Origin: Bacteroidota bacterium
GTDB taxonomy: Bacteria > Bacteroidota > Bacteroidia > NS11-12g > UBA9320
Direction of reading: 5' to 3'
Assembly (NCBI GenBank): GCA_024645005.1
Contig: JAHEGS010000006.1
Coordinates: 21,981-85,980 of the forward strand
Length of the DNA stretch: 64,000 bases
How positions within the stretch are numbered: the stretch's first letter is position 1; every line of letters starts with the position of its first letter. This document shows positions 58,278 through 64,000 of this stretch, one piece after another. Position numbers and translations under genes: made by a program. The notes under the pieces were generated by a model. It made no database searches. It was not told the DNA's origin and saw nothing but the letters and a program-made list of their open reading frames with translations.

Positions 58278-58427
58278 AGTGCAAATCAACATCATTTTTT
58301 TCACTTTGGTGGCATTTGCAGGCGATATCCATGTATAATTTATGGAATAGTTAAATGAAAATTATAGTGGGATGAGTTAAGGTTTGTTAATGAATTAACG
58401 TTTCAACTATTCGTACCCATTTCTGAT

Positions 58428-58435
58428 TACCTTTG
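58428..58435 (+). promoter_or_regulatory. Candidate -7 box (TACCTTTG) directly upstream of the endonuclease I gene
   Basis: Exact TAnnTTTG match. Its G at 58435 is 5 nt upstream of the ATG at 58441. Confidence 0.35.
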
Positions 58436-58440
58436 CTGTC

Positions 58441-60009
58441 ATGCGGAAATACAATCTTTTAAGCGTTTTTGTCCTATGTACTTTTTTTGTACAAGCTCAA
58501 CTTACCCTGTCTTCATCTACTATTGAATTTGGGGATGTACTAACCACAGAAGAAAAGGAAATAGCTGTAGACATTACTAACAAGAATACCTATCCAGTTA
58601 AGGTGGAGAATGCGGTGTTGCATTCAGCTGATTTTACGTGTTCTGTGGCAAACACCGAAATTGGGGTTGGAGGCACTGAAAAGGTTCGCGTTAAGTTTAA
58701 ACCTAGACATAACATCGCCTATAATTCAGAATTGATTATCGTTTTGGATGATGGTGCAGAGTATCGAATAGATATTCAAGGAGATGGAAGGTGTGAAGAT
58801 ACCTACTATTCATCAACTTTTAACAAAAGCTACCAAGATTTAAAAGATGAGTTAAAGTCTATTTTGGCCAAAGACTATCGAAACCTTGGATACACTTATG
58901 CTCGAGATAATATGTATGGAGATATAGATAATCAAAACGGTAAAGTGACTTGTGTATATACAGGAAGAGAGTCTACTTTTAGTACGCGAAGTGGTGCTAA
59001 CGCAAATAGTATGAATTGTGAACATACATGGCCACAAAGTCTAGGTAGTTCCAATGAACCAGAGCGAGCAGACATTCATCACTTGTTTCCTACTGATGGA
59101 GGCACAAATAGTCGTAGAGGTAATAATCCATTTGGTATTGTAACTAATCCAAGTTGGACCGGTGGTGGGAGTAAATTAGGCGGAGGTTTATTTGAACCTA
59201 GAGATGAACATAAAGGAGCTGTAGCCCGAGCTATGCTGTATTTTGCCATACGCTATCAAAATTATAATAATTTTCTTGACGCTCAAGAAGATATTCTGAA
59301 ACAATGGCATGCCACTTTCCAACCTAATGCTTGGGATATTCTTCGCAATGAAAAAATATTTGGATACCAAAAAAATCGTAACCCATTTGTTGATCACCCA
59401 GAGTTTATAGAACGTATGAATAAAATAGGTTCTAATGATCCAAAACCTGAAATTAGAACCATTGAAGTCTCTCAGCAACAAATCAATTATAGTTACGTAT
59501 CACCATCAACAGAAAGAACGATTTACCTTGTCAATACAGGTAATATTCAAATTTCTGATATAACCGATATATTTACCAAAAGCAATAACGTTATCATCAA
59601 ATCTGTGGAAAGTACTGCTAACCCAGGTGATGTTTCTGCTTTAGTAGTGACATTCAAATCGCTACCAGAGGGGACTTACGAGGATGAAATTTGGATAAAC
59701 ATTGACGCTCAGACAGGAAGTGTCATAAAAATTCCAGTGAGTTTTACCACTGGGCAGGCATCTGTAAATAGCCTGAAAAAAAAGCCAATACGTGCAATTT
59801 ATTCCACTCACAATCAAACAATACACTTACAAAATTTACCTAAGGATGCTTATGGTATTGAAATATGGAATTCAAATGGGCAAATGGTTTTAAACGATAT
59901 ATCACCGACGTTAAACGATATCCCTTTCAATAATTCTAATTCTGGTGTTTACTTCGTACTTATTAAAACTAAGGCAGGAGCAGTTGCTTCAAAAGTTTTG
60001 GTTTATTAA
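58441..60009 (+). CDS. Secreted endonuclease I family nuclease with flanking beta-sandwich domains and T9SS C-terminal sorting domain
   Basis: Signal peptide and endonuclease I blocks (CEHTWPQS, HHLFPTDGGTNSRRGN, FEPRDEHKGAVARAMLYF, NPFVDHPE). C-terminal T9SS type-A tail (...GVYFVLIKTKAGAVASKVLVY). Confidence 0.8.
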   Translation: MRKYNLLSVFVLCTFFVQAQLTLSSSTIEFGDVLTTEEKEIAVDITNKNTYPVKVENAVLHSADFTCSVANTEIGVGGTEKVRVKFKPRHNIAYNSELIIVLDDGAEYRIDIQGDGRCEDTYYSSTFNKSYQDLKDELKSILAKDYRNLGYTYARDNMYGDIDNQNGKVTCVYTGRESTFSTRSGANANSMNCEHTWPQSLGSSNEPERADIHHLFPTDGGTNSRRGNNPFGIVTNPSWTGGGSKLGGGLFEPRDEHKGAVARAMLYFAIRYQNYNNFLDAQEDILKQWHATFQPNAWDILRNEKIFGYQKNRNPFVDHPEFIERMNKIGSNDPKPEIRTIEVSQQQINYSYVSPSTERTIYLVNTGNIQISDITDIFTKSNNVIIKSVESTANPGDVSALVVTFKSLPEGTYEDEIWINIDAQTGSVIKIPVSFTTGQASVNSLKKKPIRAIYSTHNQTIHLQNLPKDAYGIEIWNSNGQMVLNDISPTLNDIPFNNSNSGVYFVLIKTKAGAVASKVLVY

Positions 60010-60027
60010 AGTATAAAGTTTTATCAC

Positions 60028-61821
60028 ATGCGTTTTTTTAAAGTAGTATTTGCATCAGCTTTAGGGTATATCCTAGCGATAGTTTTATTTATTGTTACAG
60101 TAATTTTTATTGGGATAGGAGTTGCTTTAAAAGCAAAACCAGAGGTAAAAATTCCTTCTGATGGGGTGCTCAACATGAAGTTGAATTATCCATTGGCAGA
60201 TAAGTCTGTTGATGACAGTCCAATTGTATTGTTATCAGCTTTGGATCCCAACGCAAATATCCCACTTGGGCTCAACAAAATACTTCAAGCCATAGATCAA
60301 GCTAAAGACGATGATAAGATTAAGGGAATTATTCTGGATTTGACTACATTTTCTTCAGGTTATGCGAAGGTTAGTGAGATACGAAACAGATTAGAAGATT
60401 TCAAATCCTCCGGGAAGTTTGTTTACGCATATGCAGATTACTATTATTTTCCCACTTATTACATGGCATCAGTAGCCGATAGTGTTTTTATAAACCCAGA
60501 AGGTGAGATGTCTTTTACAGGCATGGTGGGTCAAGTTTCATTTTTTGCAGGTGCTTTAGAAAAAATGGGGATTGAAGTACAAGCCATAAGAGCAGGTAAG
60601 TTTAAAGGAGCTGTGGAATCGTTTACTCGAAAAAATTTAAGTCCTGAAAATCGATTACAGATGGAGGCATATATCAATTCAGTTTTTGGTGAAGTTCTTT
60701 CTAAAATAGCTGATTCGCGAGAAATAAGTGTTCAAAAATTAAAGACAGACGCAGATCAACTTCAAATGAGATCAGTGAACGATTTTATTAATGCTGGATA
60801 TATTGATCAAGCATTGTATAGGGATCAGTTTTACAGTACGATGAAAAGAAGAATGGGCGTAGATGATGATAAAAAAGTGCCTCTTCTTTCTGAAAAAAAG
60901 TATGCTAAAAGCTTGAAATCGACAGGTAGTGGTCGCGATCGAATAGCAGTTGTATATGCAAGTGGAGATATTGTTGGTGGTAAGGGTGATGGGACACAAA
61001 TCGCTTCAGATGATATGGCCAAAACATTAAAGTCAGTAAGATTGGATGATAAGGTAAAAGCAGTAGTTTTAAGGATCGATAGTCGTGGAGGAAGTTCACT
61101 TGCTAGTGATATCATTTGGAGAGAAGCAAAACTCCTTGCAGAGGAAAAACCCCTAATAGTGAGCATGAGTGATGTAGCTGCGAGTGGAGGGTATTACATT
61201 GCTACTCCAGCTCGTAAAATTTTGGCAGAACCAACCACTATAACAGGTTCAATCGGGGTTTTTGGTTTAATTCCCAATGCTGAAAAATTGTTGAATGATA
61301 AGATGGGGGTAACCTTCGAGTATATTGGTACGGGTAAAAATTCGGATATGGGGAGAATTGATCGACCGTTAACATCGAATCAAAAAGAATACATAGGATC
61401 AATTATTGATAAAATTTACGACACTTTTTTGACTCGAGTTGCAGATGGTAGAGAAATGACTAAAGAAGAAGTTCATGCAGTTGCTCAAGGTAGAGTGTGG
61501 ACGGGTAAGATGGCCAAAGAAGTTGGCTTAGTAGATCAACTTGGGGGATTAGAAGATGCCATTGCTGTAGCTGCAGAAGAGGCTGGTTTGAAAGATTACC
61601 GTTTGAAGGAGCTACCCAAATCGAAAGATCCAATTGTTGAAATGGTAGCTAAGTTTCAAGGGAATTCAAGTTTAGGTTCTCAGCTTCAAAGAATGACTCA
61701 AAACACAGGTTTCGAATCCTATATCCAACAGTTAAGTGATATTGAACGTTGGGGAACAAAACAAAGTGTACAAGCGATTATGCCTTATACAATTGAAATA
61801 AAAAATTACACTTTAAGGTAG
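60028..61821 (+). CDS. sppA: Signal peptide peptidase SppA, 67K type
   Basis: 597 aa. N-terminal TM and duplicated ClpP/crotonase-like domains. Catalytic-domain blocks GGSSLASD and SMSDVAASGGYYIA. Confidence 0.85.
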   Translation: MRFFKVVFASALGYILAIVLFIVTVIFIGIGVALKAKPEVKIPSDGVLNMKLNYPLADKSVDDSPIVLLSALDPNANIPLGLNKILQAIDQAKDDDKIKGIILDLTTFSSGYAKVSEIRNRLEDFKSSGKFVYAYADYYYFPTYYMASVADSVFINPEGEMSFTGMVGQVSFFAGALEKMGIEVQAIRAGKFKGAVESFTRKNLSPENRLQMEAYINSVFGEVLSKIADSREISVQKLKTDADQLQMRSVNDFINAGYIDQALYRDQFYSTMKRRMGVDDDKKVPLLSEKKYAKSLKSTGSGRDRIAVVYASGDIVGGKGDGTQIASDDMAKTLKSVRLDDKVKAVVLRIDSRGGSSLASDIIWREAKLLAEEKPLIVSMSDVAASGGYYIATPARKILAEPTTITGSIGVFGLIPNAEKLLNDKMGVTFEYIGTGKNSDMGRIDRPLTSNQKEYIGSIIDKIYDTFLTRVADGREMTKEEVHAVAQGRVWTGKMAKEVGLVDQLGGLEDAIAVAAEEAGLKDYRLKELPKSKDPIVEMVAKFQGNSSLGSQLQRMTQNTGFESYIQQLSDIERWGTKQSVQAIMPYTIEIKNYTLR

Positions 61822-61925
61822 TATTATTTTAAGAAATTCAGCACTTTCCACGGTTTAAGTGACCATTAATAATTATCACTTTACTGCCAAATAATTAAAA
61901 AAATCTGCCATTTTTGCAGTTATCA

Positions 61926-63170
61926 ATGGATTTACAACAAGTAAAACAACGATTTGGAATAATAGGGAACTCAGCAAAGCTTAATTATGCTTTGCAAACT
62001 GCTATGCGTGTAGCATCCACCGAGCTCACAGTATACATCCAAGGGGAGAGTGGTAGTGGTAAAGAGTCATTTTCTAAAATTATTCATCACTTAAGTCCAC
62101 GAAAACATGGCCCTTTCATAGCAATAAACTGTGGAGCTTTACCAGAAGGTACGATTAACTCTGAATTATTTGGTCATGATAAAGGAGCTTTTACTGGTGC
62201 TGTAGATAATCGCAAGGGTTATTTCGAAAGTGCCAATGGGGGAACAATTTTCTTAGATGAAGTAGGTGAGCTTCCTTTAGAAACGCAAAGTAGATTGCTT
62301 CGTGTGCTCGAAAATGGAGAATTTATTCGCGTGGGAAGTAGTAAGGTTCAAAAGACCGATGTTCGAATTATTACTGCAACTAATCGAGACTTGATTACAG
62401 AAGTTGAAAGAGATAAGTTTAGAGAGGATTTGTATTACAGGCTTGCTACTTTACCTATTGCAGTTCCACCATTAAGAGAACGACCTGGAGATGTTGCTCT
62501 TTTGTTTCAAAAATTTGCCTTTGACGCTTCAGAGAAATACAGAAATGAAATGATGGATCTTACCATGGACGCCGAACAACTTCTAATGAATTATCGTTGG
62601 CCTGGTAATATTAGGCAACTTAAAAATATAGCAGAACAAGTATCTGTGCTTGAAGAAGGGCCACACATTACTGCAGACATTCTTCGTAAGTATTTGCCCG
62701 AGCGAGCTGAAAATAACTTGCCAGCCATATATAAAGAAAAAGGGAAGGAAAGTGACGTATCGGAGAGAGATATCTTTTATAAGGTACTGATTGATCTTAA
62801 AAAGGATGTGTCAGAACTCAGAAAGGTGGTTTTTGGGATGTTAGAGGGCTCAGAAACATCTGAGGAATTTATAGAATCAAATAAACCATCCATAACGCGG
62901 TATATTCCTCAAGAATCGAATCAACCGGATACATCTGATTTTATATCAAATAGACCTAATGATGCAGAGGAAATGTATCAGCATGTGGTTATTGAAGATA
63001 AAGATTCTGTGGGTGAGCATGAAGTTCTATCATTAGAAGTGAAGGAGGAAGAGTTGATTAGAAAAGCGTTACTAAAAAATAACGGAAGACGAAAGAAAGC
63101 AGCTAAAGAGCTTGGAATATCAGAGCGTACCCTTTACAGAAAAATAAAACAATATGAAATTGAAAATTAA
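61926..63170 (+). CDS. Sigma-54-dependent transcriptional activator lacking an N-terminal sensory/receiver domain
   Basis: AAA+ domain starts within ~12 residues of the ATG (IIGNSAKL). Walker A GESGSGKE, sigma-54 contact loop GAFTGA, Walker B FLDEVGE, and C-terminal Fis-type HTH AAKELGISERTLYRKIKQY. ATG at 61926 is preferred over TTG at 61914. Confidence 0.85.
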   Translation: MDLQQVKQRFGIIGNSAKLNYALQTAMRVASTELTVYIQGESGSGKESFSKIIHHLSPRKHGPFIAINCGALPEGTINSELFGHDKGAFTGAVDNRKGYFESANGGTIFLDEVGELPLETQSRLLRVLENGEFIRVGSSKVQKTDVRIITATNRDLITEVERDKFREDLYYRLATLPIAVPPLRERPGDVALLFQKFAFDASEKYRNEMMDLTMDAEQLLMNYRWPGNIRQLKNIAEQVSVLEEGPHITADILRKYLPERAENNLPAIYKEKGKESDVSERDIFYKVLIDLKKDVSELRKVVFGMLEGSETSEEFIESNKPSITRYIPQESNQPDTSDFISNRPNDAEEMYQHVVIEDKDSVGEHEVLSLEVKEEELIRKALLKNNGRRKKAAKELGISERTLYRKIKQYEIEN

Positions 63171-63669
63171 CGCATGGATATTTTCAGGATTGCTTTTAGC
63201 TATTGTAGCATTTCAATCGTGTGGGTTTTATTCGTTTTCAGGGACGAGTATTCCTCAAGAAGTAAAGACCTTTTCGGTTAGTTATTTTGAAAATAATGCC
63301 CCAATTAACTCACCACTTTTGAGTCAGACCATTACTGAAGGGCTAAAGCAAAAGTTTATTTCAGAGACCAATTTGAGCATTGAAGAACAGAATGGAGACT
63401 TTGACTTTTCTGGTGAAATTACGTCGTTCACGGTGACTCCAGTTTCTGCACAAAGCACAGATAATGCTCAATTAAATCGACTAACCATCCAGGTAGCAGT
63501 CAAGTTGGTGTGTGCCTCAGATGATAAAATATCATTTGAACAAACCTTTTCAAACTTTCAAGATTTTGATGCAACTGTAAATTTTAGTGATGTAGAAAAT
63601 GATTTGGTAGAAGAAATATCTTCAATGTTGATACAATCAATTTTTAACAAAGCAGCAATTAATTGGTAG
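63154..63669 (+). CDS. lptE: LptE-like LPS-assembly lipoprotein (Bacteroidota type)
   Basis: 171 aa. Lipobox AFQSCG, then blocks SIPQEVKTFSV, GEITSFTVTPVSAQ, NRLTIQVAV and the C-terminal IFNKAAINW seen in Bacteroidota LptE-family proteins. Overlaps the activator gene by 17 nt. Confidence 0.65.
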   Translation: MKLKINAWIFSGLLLAIVAFQSCGFYSFSGTSIPQEVKTFSVSYFENNAPINSPLLSQTITEGLKQKFISETNLSIEEQNGDFDFSGEITSFTVTPVSAQSTDNAQLNRLTIQVAVKLVCASDDKISFEQTFSNFQDFDATVNFSDVENDLVEEISSMLIQSIFNKAAINW

Positions 63670-64000
63670 ATTATAAAATCAACATATCAAATTTAGTTAA
63701 TCAGCCTCATGTGATTAATGAGTCTGATGTTAAAAGTCTAGAAGGCTTATCCAAAGATTATCCTTGGTGCAGTAGCTATCAGATTTTATTGGCCAAGGGA
63801 TATTCGAATCAAGAATCCTATTTGCAGAATAAACAACTTAGAATTGCCTCCACCTATACTGGAAGCCGAGAGCAATTGTTTCTCTATTTTCATAAAAACC
63901 AAGAACAAGACGCATCTGTTGTATCAAATCTGGAAGAATTGGCTATTAAAAAACCAAAAGAAAAGACATCTTCGTCAGTTCCATCTCCTCAGAAGAAAAA
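63663..64000 (+). CDS. Hypothetical protein, 5' part only (runs off the window)
   Basis: Frame open from TTG at 63663 (preceded by an in-frame TAA) to the window end; alternative GTG at 63711. Translation ...LSKDYPWCSSYQILLAKGYSNQESYLQNKQLRIASTYTGSREQLF...; no family recognised. Confidence 0.4.
   Translation, partial: MVDYKINISNLVNQPHVINESDVKSLEGLSKDYPWCSSYQILLAKGYSNQESYLQNKQLRIASTYTGSREQLFLYFHKNQEQDASVVSNLEELAIKKPKEKTSSSVPSPQKK

Noticed and set aside
58310-58320. TGGCATTTGCA upstream of the nuclease gene, considered as a sigma-54 (-24 GG / -12 GC) promoter for the activator encoded at 61926.
   Set aside because: GG and GC are separated by only 5 nt, against the required ~10 nt (TGGCAC-N5-TTGC). 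The sequence may also lie inside the purB 5' region if the longer start is used.
1-64000. Search for CRISPR arrays, tRNA/rRNA genes, IS elements, prophage or defence-system genes, and long tandem or dispersed repeats.
   Set aside because: Every intergenic region is 334 bp or shorter, AT-rich, and accounted for by promoters or terminators. Every long ORF has a recognisable housekeeping or envelope-related family. I saw no repeat-spacer periodicity or cloverleaf-like GC-rich segments. This was a by-eye scan, so short or degenerate elements could have been missed.

Overview
This is a densely packed, visibly AT-rich chromosomal segment with no rRNA, tRNA, CRISPR array, transposase, integrase or phage gene that I can see. 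I did not compute GC content.

Lineage: the content points to Bacteroidota, probably Flavobacteriia-like. Support comes from two secreted enzymes with type-A T9SS C-terminal sorting domains, a fused SecDF, and a b558-type SdhCAB/Frd. There is also an LptE-like lipoprotein coupled to a sigma-54 activator, A-rich rather than Shine-Dalgarno start contexts, and several TAnnTTTG '-7' promoter boxes.

Gene order, left to right:
- End of the ribosomal alpha operon (rpsK', rpsD, rpoA, rplQ) and an M42 peptidase.
- A TetR-TolC-MFP-RND efflux operon.
- udk, secDF, a PGI/PMI-type SIS isomerase, rluD and a DUF4340-like protein.
- aroB-aroA-aroC plus an alpha/beta hydrolase.
- A DAACS symporter, a T9SS M43 protease, topA and a SirB1/transglutaminase-like protein.
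- A deoxyhypusine-synthase-like gene paired with an arginine-decarboxylase-like gene.
- uvrA, an MsbA-like ABC exporter, an OmpA-like lipoprotein, rlmF, an LptD-like protein, mlaD and pyrD.
- sdhCAB, ribE, an SRPBCC protein, recG, a CPBP protease and dnaE.
- A tandem USP, an SDR, a TPR lipoprotein, a CoA-binding protein and purB.
- A T9SS endonuclease I, sppA, a receiver-less sigma-54 activator, an lptE-like gene and a 3'-truncated hypothetical gene.

Assessment: I find no convincing accessory island or coherent novel multi-gene system. This looks like core housekeeping DNA.

The observations most worth a second look:
- The DHS-like/ADC-like pair, whose function is unresolved.
- uvrA, whose conserved N-terminus lies upstream of any ATG/GTG/TTG.
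- A hydrophobic hairpin inserted between TM6 and TM7 of the RND pump.
- A roughly 100-aa low-complexity tail on ribosomal protein L17.
- Repeat motifs overlapping the sdh promoter.
- TAnnTTTG boxes 5-6 nt from three start codons, which would imply leaderless mRNAs.
- An orphan terminator hairpin in the largest intergenic gap.

All functional calls rest on by-eye motif and family recognition of the translated ORFs; no database search was run.
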